Below, one piece after another: positions 1 through 16,011 of a stretch of DNA of 64,000 nucleotides. The position numbers and the translations under genes are program-made. The notes under the pieces were generated by a model, which was not told the origin of the DNA, searched no databases, and worked only from the letters and a program-made list of their open reading frames with translations. Origin of the DNA: Eledone cirrhosa. Its lineage: Eukaryota. Numbering within the stretch: the stretch's first letter is position 1; every line of letters starts with the position of its first letter. Where the stretch lies: contig OZ024742.1 in NCBI GenBank assembly GCA_964016885.1, forward strand, positions 173,104,001 to 173,168,000, given 5' to 3'.

Positions 1-2150
1 ACTTTGGCTGGGCTTGATTTGACTCCCTCAACTACAACATGTTGGGTTCTGTTTGACAGGAAGCTCTTGATCCACTGCAGCAGCTTTCCAGTGACACCAA
101 TATTGGACAGCTTTCTCAGTAGAATGTTATGATCAACCCTGTCAAAGGCCTTGCTGAAATCAAGGTAGATAACATCAGTGTTGGAACCCTCTCCCAAGGC
201 TCTCAAAATGTCATCAAAGTGATGCAGTAGTTGCGTCAGGCAATCCCTTCCATTACGGAATCCATGCTGGTTGGAGTTCAGCATATTGTTACTCTCAAGG
301 AAGTGGGTCATTCGCGATCTCACCACTCGCTCAAATACCTTAATGATATGAGAGGTGAGTGAGATTGGACGGTAATTCACGGCAAGGGATTTGTTTCCCT
401 TTTTGAAAACTGGGACAACAGACTGGGATAGAAGGTTTTCTGGCACATATCCAGCATCCAGTGAGTTCCGCCACAGATTGGCAAGAGGAGAAGCAAGTTG
501 GTGTTGACACGCCTTCAAGACACAAGCAGGGAACCTATCGGGACCTACTGCTGAATTATGCTTGATTTCCTTTATTGCCGCCAAGACATCAGGGGCGCCA
601 AACGTTATGTCCGATAAGGTGTAATGGGGAGTAACATCGCCGATACAGCCCAGATCGGCCATATCAGGATTGCTGAAAACAGAGCAGTATTGTTTCTGCA
701 GTATCTCACCCATGGTTTTAGCATTGTCTTGAAGAGTGCCATTTTCATCAATTAGAGGGCCAACAGTAGAGCCAGTGATTTTGTGTTTTTTTGCAAATGA
801 AAAGAACACTTTGGGATTGAGTTTGATCTTCTCAATGGCCCAGGCCTCTTCAGCTCTTCTCTGATTGTTGATGAGGGACATTATGTTGTTTTGGAGGTTA
901 TGTTTTTTAATCTCTAGTGATGAAATGGCAGTCAAGTTGATGTGTTGCTGCTGACAGTATTTCAGATTGTTGATTTTTTTGTTCGTTCTCTTAATTTTTC
1001 TGATGAGCGTTTTTCTATTTCTAGGGATTCTGCTCTTAGATTTGTTTATAGTTCTTAATGGGGTGTGTTTAGCACATATGTTTGTAACAGTGTCCACAAA
1101 TGTCTGCCAGGACTTTTTGATGTTAGTGGGTGTATGAGTGTGCGTGAAGGACCAGTCGACATGTGCAAGATCATGACTGATCGCTTCCCAGTTTGCATTG
1201 TGGAAATCCATAGCGTCAAACGGATGGGCAGGAGAAATGACATTGGGTTTGTATATTGGACGGTGGAATCTCAGATCACAGAGAACCATGTCATGATCAG
1301 AGAGTAGAGTTTTCTCCACTGCAATATTGTGGATATTGTCAGTGTGATTGCTGAAAATTAAGTCTAGGACGTTTTTGTGGCACCTCGTTGGTTCGAGCAC
1401 TAGTTGGGATAGGAAGAAATCATCCATGAAGTCAAGAAGCGATTCCACAGCTTCCCTGTCAGAGGTTGAGGCAGAAGAACCTGGTGGCAGGGTGTTTGTG
1501 GACCAGTCAACTCCGGGGAGGTTGAAGTCCCCCATCATTAAGATGTTGTCAGGGTGACACTCTTGGATGAAACACTTTATGCTGTTGAGGCATTCCTTGA
1601 AGCATGGTACAGGCGTTTGGGGTGGCCTATAGAGCCCAACTACTAATAGGTTGTTGGTTTGACTGAATACAGTGACTGCTTCACAGTATCCATTAGTGAA
1701 TATGTTCATAGCCTCTGTTGAGAAAGAATTATGGACATAAATGGCAGTTCCGCCCTTTCTTCTGCCAGCGCGATCAGCACGGATGGCTTTGAAATTTTTC
1801 ACTTTCACCTCGGCTTCCAAGTGGAGGTTACTGAGATGGGTTTCAGTGAGGACGAAGAAAGGGATGTGGTTTGGATGGACATCAATCCAGTCCTCCAGGA
1901 ATTTGATCTTCCATTTTTGAGTATTGGTGGAAGGGCTGATGCCTTGGGCGTTAAGCAAAAATGTAGAGGCGAGGGTGGATGGTTTTAATTGTTTTGGTGT
2001 GTTGTTAATTTGTTTGTTTGTTAATGGCAGCAATGGGAGTTTGTGCAGTGGGGTGATAGTGGAGGGTGGTGCTGGGTGATAGCTCGAATGTTTTTTTCCA
2101 GTTCTTTTGCCAGATTCATTATGGCTAAAAAAGAGGAAGAAGTTTCCTGT
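1..2150 (-). CDS. LINE ORF2 (APE endonuclease + reverse transcriptase), partial; no ATG before the APE domain
   Basis: The frame opens after a TAA at 2151-2153 (minus) and overlaps the end of ORF1 in the -1 frame. APE and RT motifs read cleanly in the segments I translated; the ORF continues past position 1. Confidence 0.85.
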
Positions 2151-2516
2151 TTAGAAGACTGTTGGTGACTGTGGTAGTGGTTATTTTTATGTAGGTTATG
2201 GTTTTTGTTTTTGCTTTTATTTTTAATTTTATTTTCATTTATCCGACGGGTCCCCGGGAGATGGGTAAAGGGACAATCCCGGTCTAAACACAATCTGTCT
2301 CGCAGGGAAAAACGGCAGATTTGTGGATTCCTTGTTTGAGTTATTGGTGGTTGTGTTGGTGTTAAATTAGAGTATGTATTATGGTGGTGGCTGTTTGTGG
2401 GGATAGATCGTTTTGTCCTAGGTAAATGGGTGAATTTGCAGCCACTATCCGTACATATTCTATAGCGTAGAGAGTAGCGGCAAATGATGGGGTTTCGAGT
2501 GGGTGGGTATGTGGGT
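2021..2516 (-). CDS. LINE ORF1 C-terminal part with two CCCH zinc fingers
   Basis: ICRYSLRYRICTDSGCKFTH and ICRFSLRDRLCLDRDCPFTH (C-x8-C-x4-C-x3-H twice), lying directly upstream of ORF2. Confidence 0.8.
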
Positions 2517-2716
2517 NNNNNNNNNNNNNNNNNNNNNNNNNNNNNNNNNNNNNNNNNNNNNNNNNNNNNNNNNNNNNNNNNNNNNNNNNNNNNNNNNNNN
2601 NNNNNNNNNNNNNNNNNNNNNNNNNNNNNNNNNNNNNNNNNNNNNNNNNNNNNNNNNNNNNNNNNNNNNNNNNNNNNNNNNNNNNNNNNNNNNNNNNNNN
2701 NNNNNNNNNNNNNNNN
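2517..2716. other. Assembly gap (200 N)
   Basis: Run of N; the round length suggests a scaffold placeholder. Confidence 0.99.
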
Positions 2717-3795
<1,079 letters not shown>

Positions 3796-4736
3796 TTCAC
3801 AGTCACTACTTTCTTTATATACTCACACATACAATCTCTCAATCTCGCTCTAGCAATTTTATAAAATCGAAGATCAACAACATACGCAAACGCACACACA
3901 TCAGCTTGTTGAAAAAAATCCAAATCGCTTCATCTTTCTCTGTCACTATCTCTCTCTATATATAGTATAGATATACCGGAAGTATTGAAATTTGAATTTT
4001 TTTAAGAGAAGTGAGTTTTGAACTATGCAATAATATTTTTAATATATGTTTAATGATATGTTACGAAATTTAGTAGATAAATTATATAATATTCTTTCAT
4101 TATGTATTCAAAGTAATCCAACTTATTTTAGAAACTGGATATAAACAATTATATTCTGGATGCAGTCCCGCACTCCTTTCTTTATTATAATTAAGATTCA
4201 TAGATTTCAAAATCATTTAATTTTAGCTGATTTTCTGAGCAAACAATGTAAACATGCTCATGACGGAGGGTTCATTCCATCTTCACTATTCCAGTTTTAA
4301 ACTCGGCATCTCTTTGAAGTAAGTTAATGCATTGAGTGGAGTAACTTCCATGGTTTGAGGGTTCATACATTGACTAGCAATGCATTAGAGCCAATGCTAT
4401 TACTTCAGTATGTTCCAACTCTGCTATTACTTCAGTATGTTACAGACTTTACTGAGCTATGTATCAGTTACCATGACAGTCTACCTTAAGGTATTTTCAT
4501 CAACGTTGTAATTAGAATACAATCCTGAACACATATCAGAGCAATTATTGAATTTAAGTACAATATATGGAATAATTGATGCAGTACTATGTATAATCAT
4601 GTATTGTTGATTAGCTTGCAATCAAACCTGAAGAAGAAGAACTATATTCATATAACTCCCATCTGTGACCATCCCGTAATTCTGGAGTTATATAGAGCTA
4701 CATGATCGAATGGGTTGTTTGTTTAAGTTATGATGA

Positions 4737-5560
4737 AACATTGATGTTGTTTGGTATGATATTTTACAGACCGAGGTTAACTTTGGCTTTCATCCTTACA
4801 GGGTCGATAAAATAAAGTACCAGTAATACACTGGGATAATTACTGTCCTTGTGCCAAAAGTAGAAACAATTATATTTTACAGACCGAGTTTCAATCTTTG
4901 ATGTATATTACCTCTTTAAAGGTGCTGATCTGTAGATCAGACTTAGAAAACACTGTTGTTGTTGGTGCTTTCACTGCTGATCGGAAACTTCTTGCAGAGG
5001 CAAGTGGAGTTTGCATTCCGAACGTTGAGTGTCGGATCAGCAATCACAAAATATCACGTTCAACTCTTAAACTATTCTGTAAATCCACTGCTTCTGGACT
5101 GGCAAGTTATTTATCGGTACCTAAAGCAAACCTGTCAACCTCTGAAAACCAAAACGAGGAATAACATGAACAAAGAACCCCAAAATTGGGAGAAATGAGA
5201 CAAAATGTTGCGATTTTACATAATGGAAGCTATACCCATTTTCACAAGAGAAGACATCTCTCACCCACCGGCAGATCTCTCCGTCGGACGGGGAGAGTTG
5301 ACAGATCTGCTAAAGAATGATATGCAAAATAAGAGTTCAATGGGATTTGAACTAGATTTGAATGAAGCAGAATAAATATCGAGGTATTTAATCCGACAGC
5401 CTAACTGCTCTGCCTTTTCGCAGCGTCTGGGAATATGAGAATAGATGATGAAAAAAGCATATTCATTCGTCGAGCTTAAGTGGCCTGGTGTAGGCATAAG
5501 GACAGCTATCAAACTTAGCAGCATAGAAAAAAGGACGTTATCTGTAGAGTGGGATTTAAG
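4737..5560 (+). pseudogene. Decayed coding-like segment interrupted by a SINE; weak resemblance to a polycystin REJ region
   Basis: Removing the SINE and one TSD copy gives a continuous frame NIDVVWYDILQTEFQSLMYITSLKVLICRSDLENTVVVGAFTADRKLLAEASGVCIPNVECRISNHKISRSTLKLFCKS..., with stops downstream. The family assignment is by-eye inference only. Confidence 0.3.
4771..4871 (+). mobile_element. 5'-truncated tRNA-derived SINE with 17-bp target-site duplication
   Basis: Core CCGAGGTTAACTTTGGCTTTCATCCTTACAGGGTCGATAAAATAAAGTACCAG; ATATTTTACAGACCGAG is duplicated at 4759-4775 and 4872-4888. Confidence 0.9.
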
Positions 5561-6249
5561 TTATGTAAACTGTTGGTAAACGATGGTTTGTCAATCAATT
5601 ATTCAGAGATTTGACGAGAGAATCTGTCCAAAAGTGATGTCAAAAGTAGTATCTATCAACTACATAACTTTAGTTGTGTTGATGCACAGATAAAGTTACA
5701 TGTAAGAATTCTCAAGACAATATCAAAGTTTACAGTTTTCACTCATCTTATAATAAAGGGAAAGGAAGAGACAAGTATAATGGTACAGAATATTCCTGAA
5801 AATTCATTCTTTTGAAACATTTCAGCAGAATTCTCAAGGATAATATTTTGGGAGGGATTTTTGATACGCTGTTGTATGACTTTTTGGCTTCCTTTCAAAT
5901 TTCTACAGTACTTTTATTTATTTGTTTATGCTTACTTTTTATTTATTTGACATTGTTTTTTTTTCTTAATTAGATAATCATCTGTAGGCTTGCGTTTCAA
6001 AGTTTCATTGGATTTTTGGCACCTAAAAGATGCTTAAATGTCTTCGACGAAAGTGTAATGATAATAATAATATAAAAACATTATACGTGAGTTGATGTAA
6101 GCGATAGATGGAGAGAGTAGTGGCAGACTGAGAGAATTTGAATGTACAAATATTATTGCAAAATGTTGTTCCTTCTGCGTAAACAGAGTCGTGGGGCATT
6201 TACAGTAGAAATGAAAAATGGTATGACAAAAACAAATACATATATAGAA

Positions 6250-6355
6250 AATGAATATATATATATATATATATATACACGTATACGTACCCACACAAAC
6301 ACACATACATAAACACACAAACATACGCTCACACACACACACGCACAAACACACC

Positions 6356-6387
<32 letters not shown>

Positions 6388-6422
6388 TACACACACACAC
6401 ACACACACATGCACACACGCAT

Positions 6423-6485
<63 letters not shown>

Positions 6486-6809
6486 CGTGTGTACACAAGT
6501 AAATGAAAAAAAATGGCAAGAGAAGTAAATGCTGAAACGCTTAATGGATATAACAAAACTGTTTACTATACAGTAGAATACAGTGATGGTATCTGGTTGG
6601 CTCATTTTTTTCTATGTTGAAATGAAACACAGACATACAGACATAGACATACACAGACACAAGGATACATATATAAACACACACACACACTCACATATAT
6701 ATATATATATATATATAAATATGTATATATACGTATATATACAGACATACATACATATATATACATACATACATACATACATACATACATACATACATAC
6801 ATACATACA

Positions 6810-6860
<51 letters not shown>
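6250..6860. repeat. Compound (TA)n/(CA)n/(TACA)n microsatellites
   Basis: Directly visible. Confidence 0.95.
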
Positions 6861-7076
6861 GGTGGCTGCCAACTCGTTTTCGAGTACGGCCACTACTTTA
6901 TATCCATGTACAAGAACCCCTACCGATGCGCTGAACGAGTGTGACTTTTTAGTCCACCCAGCGATTTGAAAACTCTGGTACAAACACTACACTTGTGACA
7001 ATTATTGACACATAGTGCTGGGCCCATGGTGCCATGTGACGACAAGTGCAGAGAGATCTCCAGATATAAAGCAATG

Positions 7077-7078
<2 letters not shown>
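6861..7078 (-). mobile_element. 3' end fragment of an RTE-type LINE (C-terminal C2H2-like finger)
   Basis: [25 protein letters not shown] followed by a short 3' UTR; similar to the finger ending the RTE fragment at about 39.4 kb. Confidence 0.6.
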
Positions 7079-7120
<42 letters not shown>

Positions 7121-7210
7121 GAGAGAGAGAGACGTACTTGTGTGTCCAGGCAGAGTGAGAGAGAGGGTGGAGTGCGAGGGAGAGAGAGAGTGAAAGAGAG
7201 GGGGTGGGGG

Positions 7211-7709
7211 AGACAAAGGTGTATATTTATATTTGTATGAATAAATGTATAATCGTGCAATGTTGATGGGCGCAAGGGTGTATACTCCACACCGAACGTG
7301 AGTTAAATCTAGTTGTTTGGTAAGGCTATCTGATGCGTCCCGTTACACTGCAGTTTCAGTAGTATATTCAGAGATTTACGAGACAAGCCATTTGCCTGAA
7401 GAGTCATGGAATCCGAAAGTGAAATATCAATATATTCAGTCATAAAGAAATAGTTTTCATATTATCACTAAGCGATGTACTTTATTATTCAGGAGTTTCA
7501 CGTTCGGAGTCCATGAATCATCAGGCAAATGGCTTGTCTCATAAATCTCTGAATATACGACTGAAACTCGAGTGTAACGGGACGCATTAGATAGCCTTAC
7601 CAAACAACTAGATTTAACTCACGTTCGGTGTGGAGTATACACTTGTGCGCCCATCAACATTGCACGTTTATGCATTTATACATATAAATATAAATATACA
7701 CCTTTGTCT
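7211..7709. repeat. Fold-back element: about 215-bp inverted arms (7211-7424 / 7496-7709)
   Basis: Arms are near-identical reverse complements. Each has CTGA(A/T)GA...GAAA at its inner end, but the 3' half of a hammerhead is missing. Confidence 0.9.
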
Positions 7710-7744
7710 CTCTCTCTCTCTCTCTCTTTCCCGCATCCCACCCC

Positions 7745-7775
<31 letters not shown>

Positions 7776-7784
7776 GCATCCCAC

Positions 7785-7884
<100 letters not shown>

Positions 7885-8011
7885 TATGTAGGAGGTGAGT
7901 TTTATTGTAGTACAATAAAGCAATGCAGATATCGGATAAGAAGCACTCTACAGTTTGTAGGACTGGAGTATGCATAATATAAGATCAAAAGATGGTTAAA
8001 GGAGTTCCATG

Positions 8012-8082
8012 TATTTTATTATGCGCATTTCAAAAACAAATATCATCATGCAATAATATTTGTGTTTTCATCAGATAAAACA
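8012..8082 (-). ncRNA. Type I minimal hammerhead ribozyme in the PLE 3' pLTR
   Basis: Minus strand: TGTTTTAT-CTGATGA-[AAACACAAATAT...ATATTTGTTTTT]-GAAA-TGCGCA-TA-ATAAAATA. Confidence 0.9.
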
Positions 8083-9072
8083 GGAGAACATGATATGAAG
8101 GCTAAAAAACACTTGTGGATAGTGCAGTTTTAAATCAACATATGAAAAGTGGTTTTAGATTGATGTGTGATATTGGGAAAAAAAAATATTTTATTTAGAG
8201 AGGGGGGGTGGAAAGGATGAAAAGGGAAGGAGATGAGAGGGAGAGATGGGTGATAGAGAGAAAGAGATAGTTTTTATAACTGAGAGGAGATATATTTTTT
8301 ACATAGAGAGGTTGAAAACCGTTGGAAGATACTGTATAAACTAAAAATTTTGAAAATTAACGAAGGGAGGATATGTGCGAGGAAAAAATATTTTATTTAG
8401 GGAGGGGGGGATGAAAAAAAGGGGGAGGAGATGAGAGTGAAGGTGGAGAGGGAGAGATGGGTGATAGAGAGAAAGAGATAGTTTTTATAACTGAGAAAAA
8501 GATATATTGTTTTAACATAGAGAGGTTGGGAACCGTTGGAAGATAATGTATAAATTAAAGGAATTTGAAAATTAACGAAGGGAAATTATGTATGAAGATA
8601 GAGAGAAAAAAATAATAATTGTGGATGAATATTCTAACGTCAAAAAAAGAAATGTATATATTGTGGCAATTTCAAAATTAACGAAGAGAAAAATTATTAA
8701 GGTTTGTGTGTAGAAGGATTTGAGAAAAATAATGTGAAGTTAAAGTTTGTATATTGGTTGAATTGATAATATATGCGAATAAAGAGTTAATATGTATTAA
8801 TAATGAGTTCGTTGATGGGGAGAACAAAATAATAAATTAAGGATGAAATTGAGATTAAAAAGATTTATGATAGAGAGAAAAAATAATAATGATTGCGGAT
8901 GAATATTGTATATGTTATGATTTTACAAGGTGAAGATGGAATGAGGGTAATGAGTAAACAAGTATTATAGAGAGTATAATGCCCTTTAAAGTAAGGTAGA
9001 TGGGTATATTTTAAAGAGGTGTATGTATATGTGCCTTTGAGAAAAGATTCTAAATTGATAAAGAATTGAATA

Positions 9073-11463
9073 TTAACTGTATACTTTGTGAAAAGTTCTA
9101 TGGAATTTATGCAGGCAGATAGAAAACAAATCTGTGCGTCTATTTATTATAGAATCTAGGTTAGAGATAATGGTAAATTTTTCATTTAGGCAGAGATTAC
9201 AGATTTTAGATAGAGAGCTGTTCAAGTATGAGGATGCAGAAGAAATCTTCTTCCAAAAGATGGTATATTTAATGTTTTTGTCTTTTAAGGACCTTATGAG
9301 TTCTGAGAGAGCAGTGTTAGTTCTTTTAAGTTTGTATTTGAAAGATGAATGATGATTATAGAGACGAGCTTTAAAAGAGGTGGAAGTGGAGCCAAAATAG
9401 GTGAAGGAATTGGTGCTAGTTATAATTTTACATTCATAAATTAAGTTTTTATCGAGACAATGGTTGTTGAGAGGACATTTATTTTTAATGCGGCAGTTGC
9501 AATTAGAGAGATTATTAATGAGTGATCTAGTGTTATCTATAGAAGGAATTGGATTGGAGAAGTTGTTTGCGATAGGAATAATAGGAATAATAGTTTCTTG
9601 ATTTAGAGTTGGATTATGAACATTTAGCGAAGTTGTGTTTGACGTTGTATTTGGGTTTACAGAAGTTAGCCTAGGGTTTACAATGACGTCGGGAGTACTA
9701 TTACTGTTATTATGAAATTCAATATTGGAAGGAAGAGATTTAGTATTTAGTATTTTATTGTTGTGTTTAGAGATGATGTTGGAAATATTGGAGGATGTAG
9801 AATACGAAAATTTGATGGTGTGTTTGTTAAATATTTTACTATAGATATGTGAGGGAGGGAAGCATTTATTTAAGGCACTAAAGAATAATTTAGGAATATT
9901 GTTATTAATAGAGATGGAGAAAGGAGCATTATACCAGATTATGTTTTTGTATCTAGGTCTTTTATTAAAGTTATTTGAATGGTCATGATTAATTATTCTA
10001 CTGTAAGTTTTTCTAGAATTTGTTTCTTTACTATATTTGATTTTATCTGGATAGCCGGCTTTAGAAAGTGCGTTATTATAGTAATTGGCGTTAGCATCAA
10101 AGATGTTTTTATTAGAAGATATGTTAGATATTCTATTTCCAATATTATTAACTATAGCATTCTTGATATTGGTAGGATGGTTAGATTTAAAGTTAACATA
10201 ATTAAGGTTCTCATTGTTTTTATGGTAAGGGTAATATAGGCCAGTATCAAGATTAAGAGATACATCCAAGAAATTAGCTAGTTTGATGCTATTATCAAAT
10301 TCAATTTTTAGGTTATGTTGGTTAAAGAGATTACGTATATTGTTCTTAATAATATTAAGGTTGACTATATTGCAATTTAGGATAGTAAAGAGTCCATCGT
10401 CACGATAAATTCCACCGCGAAGTTGAGGAATTTTCCGACTCAAAGAGTTCAAAATGAAGATACCAATTAAATCAGTCAATTGGGATGAATCAGATGCTAG
10501 AGGTTGTTAGAGGTATCGGCTCTGGTCCAATATTCGTTGTTGAACTCTAGGATGGTTTTAGGTGCGGTGAGGATGATGTGAAGTTCATTTGTGGTGATGT
10601 CAGAATATTTAAGTGCGAAAGATAGAGCATTATTGAGAAGTGAAGGCGAAATGGAGGAATAGTAGCTGGCAATATCGAATTGAATAAATTTTAGTTTGTT
10701 TTTATTATCCAATTTGTTGAACCAGCCAATCACTTCAGAAGTACCAAACCATAAATTTAGGTTCAAAGAAGAGCAATTAGAACTAACCTGCGGGATAATT
10801 CTATCCAAGATGGCTTTACTAACAACCCCCAGATCAGATTTAGAGGAGGCGATTAATCTAACAGGTAGTTCAGTGCGAAAATTGTTTTTGTGATCCTTGA
10901 GATTTATCCTCGGAGTTCTTGGGTGGAATGGTTCGGTCTTTTTTTCAATGCCAAGTTTTGACATAATCTCATAGGCTTCAAGGTTTATGCATTCTAAATT
11001 TTCATGGTTGGTTTTACGATACTTTTTCCGAAGTTCCTTTAGGATGAGGTTGTTATAATTATCCTTGGAAATACCATATAGGTTATTGGTTTTGTCAGAG
11101 TGGACTAAAACATTTTTTGAGGAATTTAGGTTAGAGATTGTGTTCTTGAGATTTACAAGGTGCTCTTGTCCTTTGTAAGGGTATCTCTTGAATTTAAGAT
11201 TTTTTATTATTTTAGTTAATTCTTCCTCGAATTGTACTAGATTTTTGTTGGAAGGAGGATTTCGTCTAGAATTAAAAAGATGATCGAGGAAGTTTTGTTC
11301 TTTGGTATGAAAGTTCCCTTTTAGGCGCTGGTCATAGAAATAGGCTGTCCATCTAAGTCTTCTTACGAAGGAGTCAGTTTTTTCAATAAGAAGTTTGGTG
11401 AATTCAGATTTACCAGGTATAGGAATGTCTTTAGTTGAATTGGTTATGTTGTAATAATCCATG
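9073..11463 (-). pseudogene. PLE reverse transcriptase-GIY-YIG endonuclease ORF, broken by one frameshifting deletion at about 10495
   Basis: Motifs: SDKTNN, PVRLI, FIQFDIASYYSSI, GIYRDDGL, NFLDVSLNL, SNHP, CNCRIKNKCPL, LIYECKI...YFGST..FKARLYNH, CNLCLNEK. The junction NNL|ASDSSQLTDLIG lacks the expected MG of RT motif B'. Confidence 0.93.
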
Positions 11464-11666
11464 TTGTAGAAGAAGAGGTGAAGGACCATCAAAAGGTATC
11501 CAATATGAGAGTAAGCGCTCAACCGTTAAGGAGCAAGTTAATGTAGGAGGTGAGTTTTATTGTAGTACAATAAAGCAATGCAGATATCGGATAAGAAGCA
11601 CTCTACAGTTTGTAGGACTGGAGTATGCATAATATAAGATCAAAAGATGGTTAAAGGAGTTCCATG

Positions 11667-11737
11667 TATTTTATTATGCGCATTTCAAAAACAAACATCA
11701 TCATGCAATAATATTTGTGTTTTCATCAGATAAAACA
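11667..11737 (-). ncRNA. Type I minimal hammerhead ribozyme in the PLE 5' pLTR
   Basis: Same motif as 8012-8082, with one stem II difference. Confidence 0.9.
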
Positions 11738-12310
11738 GGAGAACATGATATGAAGGCTAAAAAACACTTGTGGATAGTGCAGTTTTAAATCAACATATGA
11801 AAAGTGGTTTTAGATTGATGTGTGATATTGGGAAAAAAAATATTTTATTTAGAGAGGGGGGGGGTGGAAAGGATGAAAAGGGAAGGAGATGAGAGGGAGA
11901 GATGGGTGATAGAGAGAAAGAGATAGTTTTTATAACTGAGAGGTGATATATTTTTTACATAGAGAGGTTGAAAACCGTTGGAAGATACTGTATACATTAA
12001 AAATTTTGAAAATTAACGAAGGGAGGATATGCCCCTCCCTAAATAAAATATTTTTTCCTCGCACATATCCTCCCTTCGTTAATTTTCAAAATTTTTTTTT
12101 TTTTGCCGCATCCTGAGGCTGGGTCTGGTATGCAAGGATTGTTTCCTGGGTGTTATTTCGCAGCGCCTGCTCGCCGGGGTGTTAAGACTTGTTGCAGGGA
12201 GATCCAACGTACTGCCGGCACTAGTATCGAGCACCTTTGGCATACGCTACTTGGCAAATAACTATATGTATCACCTATCCCCCCTTTTTTTCTCTTTCTC
12301 GATACGTAAA

Positions 12311-12354
<44 letters not shown>

Positions 12355-12798
12355 TATCGAGAATCGCATTTCACCCACGAAATAACGAAAGGCAACCTCC
12401 AATGCCTGTGCTTTGAAGGTTTATTAAGCGGGGAAAAGCCTTGTACTGGACCAATCGTACACTCTGTGCATAGAAAACACGATCCGAAAAGGAGGAGTAC
12501 TTCTCTACATCATCGGATGCTTCCGAAACAGTAGGTTTTTTTCAGGGTTTCCCTCTCTTAGAAAGGTGTTGTGACAACAATTGGAGCCTTTCACTCCAAG
12601 GGGCAAAAAAAGTGCTATTTGGATGCTGAGTTCCTCCGCCCTTTGCCGGGTCTTCTCTTTCATCCCGTAATCTGTCCAACTATCACCCTCTTTACCAAGA
12701 AAGCTTTGTGAGGTTGCCGGTTTAGTCGCCGAAAATCTGACCATGAGACATGTTGTACTAGGTTACATGTTACCAGTAGCACTTGAGAGAGACCTGAC

Positions 12799-12850
<52 letters not shown>

Positions 12851-12855
12851 TATAT

Positions 12856-14500
<1,645 letters not shown>

Positions 14501-14830
14501 TCCAATTTCTATATATATATATATATATACGTATATATATATATATATATATATGGCGAGAGAGAGACTGAGAGGGGGGGGGTACAATTATAATTATAGT
14601 GAAACACAGGGATTCGCGCGCACAATTACTCACAGGGATAAACTAGATCATAGCTATAAAAGTACTGAAAATCGTCGGTTAAGTGCACACACATATTGAT
14701 GCGTGTGAATGTGGTCATGTGTGTGCACGTTTGCTTCTGTGTGTCTGTGAGCGCGCAGGCATATGCATGAGACTCAGAAATATTCACTTTCTCACATGCC
14801 CTGTGAATCATCATCGTTATCTCTGTTCAT

Positions 14831-14958
<128 letters not shown>

Positions 14959-15070
14959 GTATATATATAAATGTATATATATATATATATATAAATGTAT
15001 ATATATAAATGTATATATATATATATATATAAATGTATATATATAAATGTATATATATATATATATATAA

Positions 15071-15106
<36 letters not shown>

Positions 15107-15203
15107 GAAAGGTATATATATAAATGAAAGGTATATATATATGAAAGGTATATATATAAATGAAAGGCATATATATATATATATGAAAGGTATATATATA
15201 AAT

Positions 15204-15242
<39 letters not shown>

Positions 15243-15335
15243 TAATAATAATACATTTGAAGACTAAAATCCAAAGAGAGTTCGATAAGGATAAATATAT
15301 ATCAAATACATAAGCACCATATATAATATATATAC

Positions 15336-15400
<65 letters not shown>

Positions 15401-16011
15401 TACTAAACTCCATTGGCTTTATTTTACTAACCAACTAGTGCAATTAAGTAGAATTCTCTCCATTGAAAGGTGTCAACTTGGTAGAATTGTTAAAGTGTCA
15501 GATAGATTTCTCTGTGGTATTCATTCTGGTTGTCTCAACACAGAGTCCAATTTCTGTTGAAGACATCTTTACATTTCATTCTTTCAGGTTCAATAAATAT
15601 AGTACATATCCAGTATTGGGGTAAATTCTCTTTCTCTCTTTTCTCATTTCCTTTCTCCCCTTTTATTCGTCTCTCCCTGGAAGGAAGGAATCAACCATGG
15701 TTAGACGGGGATACGGATGGGCTCCGCCAAGATGAATGCATTATACAGCCAGTTATCAGATTCAATTGCAAGAATTCAGACTAAGTCTCTAGTACATATA
15801 TATATATATATATATATACTTGGTCCATCTGGTTCCTTACCACATTTCCTTCGTTATATATATATATATTTATTTAAAGGTTAAACAAGGTTCAATGGAT
15901 AAATCAAAGAATGAGTTTTACAATAGATTGGAAGCACTCAACAGTTGGTTTACCGGAGTTATTAATATTAATTCAAAATATTAACAAAATAGATATTCTT
16001 GTGATCAAGTA

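Larger units (their letters stand above)
1..2516 (-). mobile_element. Non-LTR retrotransposon (CR1/L2/Jockey-group LINE); runs off the left window edge, 5' end lost in the N gap
   Basis: Minus-strand translation gives APE endonuclease motifs (FLLNAQGI, LTETHL, MMGDFN, EPTR..NVLDL, LSDH) followed by RT motifs (GPD, VPVFKKG, NYRPISLTSHIIKVFE, QHGFR, YLDFSKAFDRVDH). Confidence 0.95.
7887..12100 (-). mobile_element. Penelope-like element, near full length, with direct pseudo-LTRs (7887-~8375 and 11541-~12031) and a short inverted 5' piece (12032-12100)
   Basis: RT + GIY-YIG ORF flanked by about 490-bp near-identical direct repeats offset by 3655 bp. 12032-12100 is the reverse complement of about 8345-8410. 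The 3' end abuts (TA)n. Confidence 0.95.

Noticed and set aside
7390-7530. Complete hammerheads in the 7211-7709 fold-back
   Set aside because: CTGA(A/T)GA and GAAA are present, but stem II is poor and the stem III/stem I 3' strand is missing.
7887-12031. LTR retrotransposon (because of the long direct repeats)
   Set aside because: No gag/protease/integrase, PBS or TG...CA ends; RT+GIY-YIG and HHRs identify Penelope-type pseudo-LTRs.
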